The notes under the pieces were generated by a model. That model saw only the letters and a program-made list of their open reading frames with translations, was not told the DNA's origin and did not search any database. From the IMG/VR virus record IMGVR_UViG_3300042293_000555, positions 1-64,000 of that record: 64,000 nt of DNA; one strand, 5' to 3'. This document shows, in pieces, positions 19,711-27,076 of this stretch (position 1 is the first letter of the stretch; every line of letters begins with the position of its first letter). The DNA is from a virus. A program made the position numbers and the translations under genes.

Positions 19711-19733
19711 ATATATACATACACATTAAACAC

Positions 19734-19761
19734 TTCCATAGCTAAACACCCCCCTTAATTT
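19734..19761 (+). promoter_or_regulatory. Phage promoter-like motif, copy 4
   Basis: TTCCATAGCTAAACACCCCCCTTAATTT, ~38 nt before the ATG at 19799. Confidence 0.65.
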
Positions 19762-19798
19762 AGGATAGTAATTTTCACATTTCAAAAACCACAAGATT

Positions 19799-20035
19799 AT
19801 GAATTTCATTTCAGTTTCCGAGTTCAAAGAAGCAATTGGCGTTACTTCTTTCAAAAGAGTATTAAATTCCAACACAGGCAAATACTCTTTGCTTGCAGGC
19901 AAAGCATTTTACAAAGTCCAGCAGGACTTAGATCCATCTCTTGAGATGGCGTTTATGTTTGAAGATATCCTTGAAGAAGGATGCCTGGTCAACGTAGACA
20001 GAACTTCTCCATTAGAAACTTTAGACATATTCTAA
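19799..20035 (+). CDS. Early small protein, paralog B
   Basis: Clear paralog of 18791..19036. Confidence 0.8.
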   Translation: MNFISVSEFKEAIGVTSFKRVLNSNTGKYSLLAGKAFYKVQQDLDPSLEMAFMFEDILEEGCLVNVDRTSPLETLDIF

Positions 20036-20050
20036 AGCTAAAGTATTACA

Positions 20051-20129
20051 CTATTTCACATTCTCATATAGGCTCTGTACCCTATACAATTGCATAGTCA
20101 TTGCAAGTGAGATGTGAAATAGTTTTTTT
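20051..20129 (+). ncRNA. Three-way-junction structured element, copy B
   Basis: CTATTTCACA..TCTCA/TGAGA.TGTGAAATAG; TATAGG-CTCTGTAC-CCTATA; TTGCA-TAGTCAT-TGCAA; followed by T7. Confidence 0.7.
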
Positions 20130-20156
20130 AGTACAAGTTTAAAAAACGCTGCAAGT

Positions 20157-20243
20157 ATGGAAACATTAACATTTATACTCATTAGTGGAGTACTTATTAC
20201 ACTATTTGTAATAGGTACACCTTCAAGAATAAACACAAATTAA
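20157..20243 (+). CDS. Putative 28-aa single-TM peptide
   Basis: METLTFILISGVLITLFVIGTPSRINTN*, below the ORF-track cutoff. Confidence 0.4.
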   Translation: METLTFILISGVLITLFVIGTPSRINTN

Positions 20244-20316
20244 TTTGTGTTAACAATAATCCCTAAATGTTTAGTAATTCGGATAATATAAGCCGTAAAA
20301 TAAACATCTTTGTGTT

Positions 20317-20493
20317 AACATTAACAACATACTATGTTGGATTAAGATAAACCGTAAGGAATATCGTAGTAAGCTAAAAGTACTTATATGTTGTGCACAA
20401 ACATATAACGAAAGGGGTTAGTCCTACTGCTACAGGGAAAATGCATCCTATAAAATCCAAAGGAAATAATGTATGCTCTGTTAATGTTTTTTT
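20317..20493 (+). ncRNA. Unclassified multi-branched structured RNA (~175 nt)
   Basis: Nested stems AACATTAACA/TGTTAATGTT, CATAC/GTATG, TTGGATT/AATCCAA, GATA..CC-GTAA-GG..TATC, GTAGTA/TACTGC, TTATATGTT/AACATATAA; no ORF. Confidence 0.6.
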
Positions 20494-20506
20494 AATTACA
20501 ACAAAA

Positions 20507-20726
20507 GAAACTGTAGCTCATTGGTAGAGCACTGCAAGGGGAGATTAGACTACTTCCACAAAGGCATTGACTGATTTAAGTGAGTTATAATCCTACGGGA
20601 GTTATAACTATATACAGCACTTACTTCCTGAAAAAGGAATCTTATGAAAATAAGATTAAAGAATGCAATAAGTCGCAGGGGCTATGTGTCATCATAGAAT
20701 ACTGAGTTCGATTCTCAGCAGTTTCA
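20507..20726 (+). ncRNA. tRNA-like RNA with ~140-nt structured insert replacing the anticodon loop
   Basis: Acceptor GAAACTG/CAGTTTC+A; D arm GCTC-ATTGGTA-GAGC; T arm CTGAG-TTCGATT-CTCAG; CTGC/GCAG closes the insert; long variable arm CTATG/CATAG. Confidence 0.75.
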
Positions 20727-20763
20727 CAAATATTCATTTTTCATCATACTAAAACCTACAAGT

Positions 20764-20922
20764 ATGCTTTACACAACAAGTTTTTCAAATAATGGCAAAT
20801 TCTATGCTAATGTAGTAGTAGAAATTATTGAAACTACAGCAAAGTTTGTAAGAGTTATGTATCAGGAAAACAACCTGAAATTGACTCTCACCAAGAGAAT
20901 TGAAGAAATTCAATCTCTCTAA
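20764..20922 (+). CDS. 52-aa hypothetical protein
   Basis: MLYTTSFSNNGKFYANVVVEIIETTAKFVRVMYQENNLKLTLTKRIEEIQSL*, followed by a terminator. Confidence 0.55.
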   Translation: MLYTTSFSNNGKFYANVVVEIIETTAKFVRVMYQENNLKLTLTKRIEEIQSL

Positions 20923-20928
20923 ACATAC

Positions 20929-20959
20929 AATCTCTACTCACAAGAGTAGAGATTTTTTT
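20929..20959 (+). terminator. Intrinsic terminator
   Basis: AATCTCTACTC-ACAA-GAGTAGAGATT plus U-tract. Confidence 0.8.
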
Positions 20960-20988
20960 ATTTATTCATCATTTAAAAACTAAACACA

Positions 20989-21384
20989 ATGAAAACTATA
21001 GCAGCCACAATTCTTATAGTAGGATATATTATTCTATTATGTATTTTTGCAGATTCTATATCTGCACAACAACCAATAGCAGCATTTAGCTTATCAGAAC
21101 TCATTGAGAGTAATGATGAAGTAAAATGCTATTCTCATTATTACAATACTAATCCTGAAATTGTACAACTTAATTTAGAGTTGTATCAGGCAAAGTATAA
21201 AAAGGAATTACAGAAAAAAGGTTACAAGATAACCAAAGATGATTTTAACCTTATTCATATTCTTGTACCATTTACAAAGAATGGACATATTATGAGTTGG
21301 AAACAATTTATCAAATTTACTAACAAACACATAATAGGTGATAGTCCTGAAAAGACTACATTTCACTATGATGTTTTAAATTAA
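20989..21384 (+). CDS. Hypothetical protein with N-terminal signal/TM segment
   Basis: Hydrophobic N-terminus MKTIAATILIVGYIILLCIFA. Confidence 0.6.
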   Translation: MKTIAATILIVGYIILLCIFADSISAQQPIAAFSLSELIESNDEVKCYSHYYNTNPEIVQLNLELYQAKYKKELQKKGYKITKDDFNLIHILVPFTKNGHIMSWKQFIKFTNKHIIGDSPEKTTFHYDVLN

Positions 21385-21390
21385 ACTCAA

Positions 21391-21609
21391 ATGAATAAGC
21401 AAGAAGCATTAGCAGAAACTATCAGAAGATTTACAAATCTTTATGATGGTTGTGTAAGACAAGGAAATTCAGTTATGGCTGTAATTTCTTATTATGAAAA
21501 ACTACAAGCAAATAAACCTGTTCCTAAAGAAACAGGTTTAGGCAACATTGAAAATCGTTTCTTGGATTGTGCCATCCAAGATATTGAAGATGATATGTTT
21601 GATTACTAA
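21391..21609 (+). CDS. Hypothetical protein
   Basis: 72-aa ORF followed by a terminator. Confidence 0.6.
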   Translation: MNKQEALAETIRRFTNLYDGCVRQGNSVMAVISYYEKLQANKPVPKETGLGNIENRFLDCAIQDIEDDMFDY

Positions 21610-21611
21610 CT

Positions 21612-21650
21612 AAAATAACTCAATCCTATTATGGATTGAGTTATTTTTTT
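21612..21650 (+). terminator. Intrinsic terminator
   Basis: AAAATAACTCAATCC/GGATTGAGTTATTTT. Confidence 0.8.
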
Positions 21651-21870
21651 CTTTAGTCACTGAAACAGAACACATTACATTAATGATAGTATTACTATTA
21701 TTTTTCTCTAAAAAGGTTAAAAAGTTTTCTCCCCTCACACTCCCCTCTTTCAAAATACCTCATAAACCTCTGAAATTTTCAGGTTTCTTTAGTGAACTAA
21801 AGAAAGTTATTTCAACATTTATTCTGAAAATTAAGTTCCTTTCTTTTTTAAATAGTTATATTTTTAAGAG

Positions 21871-21897
21871 TTCCTTAACTAAACACCCCCCTTTATG
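21871..21897 (+). promoter_or_regulatory. Phage promoter-like motif, copy 5
   Basis: TTCCTTAACTAAACACCCCCCTTTATG, ~36 nt before the ATG at 21933. Confidence 0.65.
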
Positions 21898-21932
21898 TCG
21901 GATATTTACTTTAAACTTTAAACACACACATT

Positions 21933-22700
21933 ATGAAAACTCGTAAAAGCTATAAAATCAACTTAGCAGTATTAGATTTTCTAACAGCAATGTCAGTAGT
22001 AGAATCAAGGTTAAGATTCTTAGACCTTGCTGAAGTTTTATCTGAAGAAGGTAACAGTACTGCAGATTTCATTTCAGCATATCTTTATGCTTTTCAATCA
22101 GGAGAACAACAACATACAATGTTTTTACAAGAACATTATGCAGCTATTAAGAAATTTGCTGAAAGTTTTAACAGGTCATACTTTAATATTGAAGAATATG
22201 TACCTATTATAGTACCAAAGCTATTTGTATTTTGGGAAACTGATGCTATTAACAGAAGAGTTGATAAAAGGTATAATTATGTACCTACAATCTCTCTCAC
22301 AAAATGGCATAAGGCTGAATACAAACTTTCTTTACTTGATGACATCCATTATTTTGGTGTTATTGAGAAAGAATATTGGGAAAGAGTAAATGCAAGAGAT
22401 ATTGAGTTCAATGACAGACACGAAGGTGTACTGTCAATGCTACAACTTACTTACTTACGTAATGTAAGGGGAAATAAGTACAAATTGGAAAGAGAATCCA
22501 ATATTACACCTACATTACATCAAATGTGGAAAGGTGTATTGGAAAATGTTTCTATGATTCCTTTGACAATTGATAGTTCTAAATTATCTTTGTATAACAA
22601 TTTCCTTAGACAAGCTAAGGGATATGAAGATGCAGAGTATGATGTAATGAATTTTCATAATTGGAATACAGAGAAAGAACAACTTGAACAGGCAGTGTAA
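21933..22700 (+). CDS. Hypothetical early protein
   Basis: 255-aa ORF flanked by the promoter-like motif and a terminator. Confidence 0.7.
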   Translation: MKTRKSYKINLAVLDFLTAMSVVESRLRFLDLAEVLSEEGNSTADFISAYLYAFQSGEQQHTMFLQEHYAAIKKFAESFNRSYFNIEEYVPIIVPKLFVFWETDAINRRVDKRYNYVPTISLTKWHKAEYKLSLLDDIHYFGVIEKEYWERVNARDIEFNDRHEGVLSMLQLTYLRNVRGNKYKLERESNITPTLHQMWKGVLENVSMIPLTIDSSKLSLYNNFLRQAKGYEDAEYDVMNFHNWNTEKEQLEQAV

Positions 22701-22705
22701 AATAT

Positions 22706-22733
22706 AGTGTTAGGAGCAATCCTAACACTTTTT
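22706..22733 (+). terminator. Intrinsic terminator
   Basis: AGTGTTAGGA-GCAA-TCCTAACACT plus U-tract. Confidence 0.8.
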
Positions 22734-22757
22734 ATTTTTTAATTTAAATTCAAAGAA

Positions 22758-23054
22758 ATGAATGCAAGAAAAGAAATTGAAAGAGCATTTGGCTTAGGTG
22801 TAAAATGTGCAGCAATATCTATCTCGAATGAAGATTTGCAAATAGCAGCCAAACTTAAAATTGGTTATACTGAACAGGAAAAGCAAGAGTTTTTAAATAC
22901 AATTGATGTTGAGTATGATGCAGGTTATGGTACTCAAGAATTATTTGGTAGAGTGTGGTTAAATGATGGAACTTGGTTTTCCCGTTGGGAATATGATGGA
23001 AGTGAAGGATGGCAACATCATTTTTGTCCTAAAATACCTATTGAACTACAATGA
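22758..23054 (+). CDS. Conserved phage hypothetical protein
   Basis: YDAGYGTQELFGRVWLNDGTWFSRWEYDGSEGW motif typical of a widespread small phage family. Confidence 0.7.
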   Translation: MNARKEIERAFGLGVKCAAISISNEDLQIAAKLKIGYTEQEKQEFLNTIDVEYDAGYGTQELFGRVWLNDGTWFSRWEYDGSEGWQHHFCPKIPIELQ

Positions 23055-23347
23055 AAGTACTGTGTATAAATGATGATTTCAGTAAAGTCTTACAAACATT
23101 ATTGGAAGAATCTAAAGGACTTAATCTGACATTTCCCAAGAAAGGTGAAGAATACACTATAAGGGAAGTGTTGGATAATAATGGATTAGTAGTTTCTTAC
23201 CTATTGGTGGAAATTACTAATCCTACTTTTTTTATTCCTGTTTTAAACATTAGAAGAGAACTTTCATTTGCTGAATGGAGATTTTCTAAATTACATACTC
23301 AGGAATCTGTTGAAGAGTTTGTAGAAAATGCTATTTATTCACTTTAA
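23051..23347 (+). CDS. Hypothetical protein
   Basis: MKVLCIND..GEEYTIRE..FAEWRF; ATGA overlap. Confidence 0.65.
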   Translation: MKVLCINDDFSKVLQTLLEESKGLNLTFPKKGEEYTIREVLDNNGLVVSYLLVEITNPTFFIPVLNIRRELSFAEWRFSKLHTQESVEEFVENAIYSL

Positions 23348-23358
23348 ATCCATATATT

Positions 23359-23643
23359 ATGAAAAATGTTAAGAGTAAAGAAAACAACATTGTAAGAGTA
23401 CCGGATACTCTTGCTAAAGAATTAACTACATTAGCTGGAAAACAATGGAGTTATACTTCAAGGGGTAAACTTCGTTCACTCAGAAACAAGGCTATTAAAA
23501 AGCATAACAACTTTTTATTTTTACAAGCCTGCATCAACAAAGGTATAAAGGTAATTACAAGTTGGGAAAATAATCCTGATATGGTGATGCCAATGCCTTA
23601 CTTGGGTAAAAGAAATTTATTTGGAATTAAACTTGAAGAATAA
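23359..23643 (+). CDS. Hypothetical basic protein
   Basis: Operonic ORF. Confidence 0.55.
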   Translation: MKNVKSKENNIVRVPDTLAKELTTLAGKQWSYTSRGKLRSLRNKAIKKHNNFLFLQACINKGIKVITSWENNPDMVMPMPYLGKRNLFGIKLEE

Positions 23644-23867
23644 TGAACACATATTATGTATTATCAGAAAATGTAACAAGAATGTTTAGTTTCTTGTTCT
23701 TTGAATGTGAAGCATCTATAATCAATGTTTCATTATTTGGAGTAAATACAGAACTGAATCAAACTTATTATAAAATTGAATCTGATGATGAACACATTAA
23801 AGATTCTTATTGGTATAATAAGGTGATTTGGTCAAAAGAACCAATAGTAGACCCAATACCATTTTAA
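23643..23867 (+). CDS. Hypothetical protein
   Basis: TAATG overlap; ends DPIPF; followed by a terminator. Confidence 0.55.
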   Translation: MNTYYVLSENVTRMFSFLFFECEASIINVSLFGVNTELNQTYYKIESDDEHIKDSYWYNKVIWSKEPIVDPIPF

Positions 23868-23868
23868 C

Positions 23869-23899
23869 ATAGCAAGGGAGAAATCCCTTGTTATTTTTT
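23869..23899 (+). terminator. Intrinsic terminator
   Basis: ATAGCAAGGGA-GAAA-TCCCTTGTTAT plus U-tract. Confidence 0.75.
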
Positions 23900-23905
23900 C
23901 TGTAA

Positions 23906-23932
23906 TCCTTAACTAAACACCCCCCCTTATTT
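23906..23932 (+). promoter_or_regulatory. Phage promoter-like motif, copy 6
   Basis: TCCTTAACTAAACACCCCCCCTTATTT upstream of the tRNA pair. Confidence 0.65.
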
Positions 23933-24092
23933 TTGCTATTATTATTTTGCATTTCTTTGTGAATATTCAATAAAGCACTATATTTACAATATTACAGAAA
24001 AAGTTCTTACAAAAACAAATTTTAAACTTGCAGCGTTTAAAGGTTTGGTAAAATGTCAATTTGGATACCCTTATGAAAGTAAGGGTGTTTTT

Positions 24093-24172
24093 GATTCTGT
24101 AGCTTAATGGTAGAGTATCAAATACAGTGCACTTTAGTAGTTGAGATATTGGTTCAAGTCCAATCAGAATCA
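24093..24172 (+). ncRNA. tRNA-like RNA with extended, non-canonical anticodon arm
   Basis: Acceptor GATTCTG/CAGAATC+A; D arm GCTT/GAGT; T arm ATTGG-TTCAAGT-CCAAT; anticodon arm TCAAATAC-AGTGCACTTTA-GTAGTTGA with no 7-nt loop. Confidence 0.65.
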
Positions 24173-24229
24173 CAGGGTTTTAGGTTAATGAATGTTGTTA
24201 TCATTGAGAGGAGAAATCCTCTCTTTTTA

Positions 24230-24303
24230 GATTCTGTAGCTCAACTGAATAGAGCAACTATTTTCTAAGTAGTAGGTTTTAGGTTTGAATCCTAACAGAA
24301 TCA
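24230..24303 (+). tRNA. tRNA-Arg (UCU)
   Basis: Acceptor GATTCTG/CAGAATC; D arm GCTC/GAGC; anticodon stem ACTAT/GTAGT with loop TT-TCT-AA; T arm TTAGG-TTTGAAT-CCTAA; no encoded CCA; AGA is a frequent Arg codon in this window. Confidence 0.8.
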
Positions 24304-24411
24304 CAATTTCCATCTGTGTGTATTTAGTTTTGGCCATTGTAGTAATACAGTGGCTTTTTGTATGTCAACAATTTATTAAACATATTTATTAAACAATTCA
24401 ATCAAAAAATT

Positions 24412-25017
24412 ATGAGCAACGCAAGCAGAGAATCATCAGTAAAGGGAAAAGTTCTTTTCTCAAGACTTCACAAAGCAGCATATCAAAAAGAAGGCAGCTT
24501 GACATTGGAAGTCAAACAAATTATTACCAAAACATCTTATTATGCAGCAAAAAAATTTAATTCTGATCTTCAGGATGGACTTTTTGATGATTCTGCATTT
24601 GGTGCTGAAGAAAAAGAATACAAGAGTAATGAAACTCGTGTAGCTTGGATTCAAGTACCTGAAGGAAAAAATGAAGCAGAAATGAAGAGAATGCTTATTG
24701 CATTACCTAATTCCTGCATTTACAAAATTCTTTCTAATGCTCCAATTCTTGATTCAAATCAGAAAACAGCTATTGATAATGGTCTGAAAGATTTGGAAGA
24801 TTTTGCAAACTCTCAAGTAGCAAGATATCCAAAAGGTTCTGAGTTAGAAGGAGAAGTTATTCTTGATGATGCAGGTAAAGTGCAATATCGTAGAACTTTC
24901 TTCTCTAAGATTGCTAAAGAAGATATTGACCTTCGTGGAAACGGAGATGAATATGTAACTGATGCAATTTTAGAAGAATTACAAGGAGCAGGTATCTCTT
25001 ACGAACAAACAATTTAA
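24412..25017 (+). CDS. Hypothetical protein (possibly nucleic-acid binding)
   Basis: Likely start MSNASRE after an A-rich leader; 201 aa. Confidence 0.7.
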   Translation: MSNASRESSVKGKVLFSRLHKAAYQKEGSLTLEVKQIITKTSYYAAKKFNSDLQDGLFDDSAFGAEEKEYKSNETRVAWIQVPEGKNEAEMKRMLIALPNSCIYKILSNAPILDSNQKTAIDNGLKDLEDFANSQVARYPKGSELEGEVILDDAGKVQYRRTFFSKIAKEDIDLRGNGDEYVTDAILEELQGAGISYEQTI

Positions 25018-25021
25018 CTAA

Positions 25022-25120
25022 AAAACTTATCTCAAGTAAACTATTAAATGTAATATTCAAATGGAAATATCCAAATGAAGACTTACATTTATAGTTTGCT
25101 TGCTGATAGGTTTTCTTTTT
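25022..25120 (+). other. Long imperfect hairpin (~93 nt) before the polymerase gene
   Basis: AAAACTTATC/GATAGGTTTT, CAAGTAAACTA/TAGTTTGCTTG, TAAATGTAA/TTACATTTA, TTCA/TGAA, TGGA-AATA-TCCA; U-tract follows. Confidence 0.65.
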
Positions 25121-25150
25121 TATTTAGTCAGCCATTAATTATTACTCTAT

Positions 25151-27076
25151 ATGATAGACTATGTATATGACATTGAGTTATATTCAAATTTCTTTCTTTT
25201 ATGTGCACAAAACACTAAGACTAAAGAGAGAATATCTTTTGAAATATCTCAGAGAAAAGTAGAAACTGTTAAGTTAGTGGATTGGTTATCTACTAACATC
25301 AGGTTATTTGGATTTAACTGCATAGCCTATGATGGTAAAATACTACAAAAGTTATTAGAGCATACTTACTTAAAAGGTAAAGATTTAATAAAAGTACTGA
25401 AGAAGCATTCAGATAGACTGATATTAGATGAAACCTATGCTAAATTTTCTCGTAAGTTTACACAAAAACCTAATGTAGACTTATTTTTACTACATCATTT
25501 TGATAATGATGCAAGAAGAACTTCTCTAAAAGATTTAGAGTTTGTATTCAATATGCCTAATATTCAAGAGTTACCTTTTGATTATACTAAACCTGTTACT
25601 CTTGCACAAATGTCTATTCTTGTAGACTATTGTTGGAATGATATTGATGCTACTCAAATATTGTATGACAGATCTCAAGAAGCTTTATCATTAAGAGAAA
25701 GTTTATCTAATACTTATGGTGTAGATATGCTTTCTTGGAACTCACCTAAAATAGGTGAACAAAGTTTTGCATTTAAGTTAGCAGAAAGAATTGGTCCTGC
25801 AAAATTACAGAAGAAAAGTCCTCGTAAATCTATAGCTATTGGTGACATTATCTTCCCTTATATACAGTTTGAAACAGTAGGATTTCAAAAATTACTATCC
25901 TATTTGAAAAAAAAGGTAATCACTGATACTTACAAAGTTTTTAGTGAGTTACCATTTGAAGAACTAACAGAAATAGAAGGTCATTACAATGTATATAAAA
26001 CTAAAGGTGTACAAAAGAATCTCAATATTGTACACGATGGATTTGAGTTTGTATTTGGTACAGGTGGAGTACATGGTTGTATTGATCCAGGAGTATATCT
26101 TGTAGATGATGAACACACTATTGATGATATTGATGTATCTTCTTATTATCCTAACTTAGGTATCAAGAACAAATTATATCCTGAACATTTGGGTATAGAG
26201 TTTTGTGATGTTTATGGTGAGAGATATGAAGAACGTGGTATATATCCTAAAGGTAGTGTTACAAATACTTCTATCAAGCTTGAACTCAATGGAGTATATG
26301 GTAAGAGTAATTCTAAATTCTCACCATTCTATGACCCCAAGTATACTATGGCCATTACCATTAATGGACAGCTTTTACTTACAATGCTTGCTGAACAACT
26401 TATGAAAATTAGTCAGATACTTCAGATAAATACTGATGGTGTAACTATTAGAGTTCATAAATCACAAAAGGAAAATGTAAATGCTATCATTGAATGGTGG
26501 CAAAAACTTACTCAGCTTACTTTGGAAAGTGCAAGTTATTCTAAGATGGTTATCAAAGATGTATCTAATTACTTAGCTGTTTATACTAATAACAAGGTAA
26601 AGAGAAAGGGTGCTGCATTTAAAACTTTAACAGAACTTGAAATGCATGAGAATTTATCTTGTGTAGTAGTTCAGGAAGCTATATCAGCATATTACATTTC
26701 CAATACACCACCAATACAATATCTTATGCAAGAGTTAGAGAATGGTTTATCTAAATTTTACTCAAAAGTAAAAATACAGAGAGATCACAAACTTGTAGCA
26801 AGGTATGAAGATGAAGATATACCACAACAAAGAGTTACAAGATATCTTATTACAAATACAGGATGCTCTCTTATTAAAATTATGCCACCAATAAAGGTGA
26901 AAGAGAGAGAATCTGAAGTTGAAGCAGGTTGGAAGTGTACACCATGTAATAATTTGACTACAATGAATTTAGAAGAATTAAAACAGAATCTAAACTTAGA
27001 ATATTATCTCTTACAAATAAACAAAATCATAGATGGAATCTCTAACGGCAGGAAAAAGAAAAAAGCTGCAAAGTGA
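25151..27076 (+). CDS. polB: DNA polymerase family B
   Basis: Exo motifs DIELYSN, FNCIAYD, YCWND; pol motifs DIDVSSYYP, KLELNGVYGK, INTDG. Confidence 0.92.
   Translation: MIDYVYDIELYSNFFLLCAQNTKTKERISFEISQRKVETVKLVDWLSTNIRLFGFNCIAYDGKILQKLLEHTYLKGKDLIKVLKKHSDRLILDETYAKFSRKFTQKPNVDLFLLHHFDNDARRTSLKDLEFVFNMPNIQELPFDYTKPVTLAQMSILVDYCWNDIDATQILYDRSQEALSLRESLSNTYGVDMLSWNSPKIGEQSFAFKLAERIGPAKLQKKSPRKSIAIGDIIFPYIQFETVGFQKLLSYLKKKVITDTYKVFSELPFEELTEIEGHYNVYKTKGVQKNLNIVHDGFEFVFGTGGVHGCIDPGVYLVDDEHTIDDIDVSSYYPNLGIKNKLYPEHLGIEFCDVYGERYEERGIYPKGSVTNTSIKLELNGVYGKSNSKFSPFYDPKYTMAITINGQLLLTMLAEQLMKISQILQINTDGVTIRVHKSQKENVNAIIEWWQKLTQLTLESASYSKMVIKDVSNYLAVYTNNKVKRKGAAFKTLTELEMHENLSCVVVQEAISAYYISNTPPIQYLMQELENGLSKFYSKVKIQRDHKLVARYEDEDIPQQRVTRYLITNTGCSLIKIMPPIKVKERESEVEAGWKCTPCNNLTTMNLEELKQNLNLEYYLLQINKIIDGISNGRKKKKAAK

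Noticed and set aside
19528-19758. 76-aa ORF from the track
   Set aside because: It is a low-complexity translation of the repeat tract and overlaps a promoter-like motif.
20370-20420. Hammerhead ribozyme (stem followed by CGAAA)
   Set aside because: No CUGAnGA core upstream and no G-C pair closing stem II.
20507-20726. tmRNA or group I intron-containing tRNA
   Set aside because: It has a paired D stem, no G3:U70 pair and no tag frame. The insert is short, lacks an ordered P3-P7 core and gives no obvious spliced 7-nt anticodon loop. Not formally excluded without an Infernal search.
21683-21946. 87-aa ORF from the track
   Set aside because: F/K/S-biased translation of intergenic DNA that spans promoter-like motif copy 5.
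24230-24303. Amber suppressor tRNA (CUA) and TAG recoding, as in some crAss-like phages
   Set aside because: The 7-nt loop TTTCTAA centres on TCT (Arg). Genes are full length in the standard code, and TAG ends the major capsid and scaffold genes.
13330-27076. Introns or inteins in TerL, MCP or PolB
   Set aside because: The genes are contiguous, of normal length, and show no intein-like insertion.
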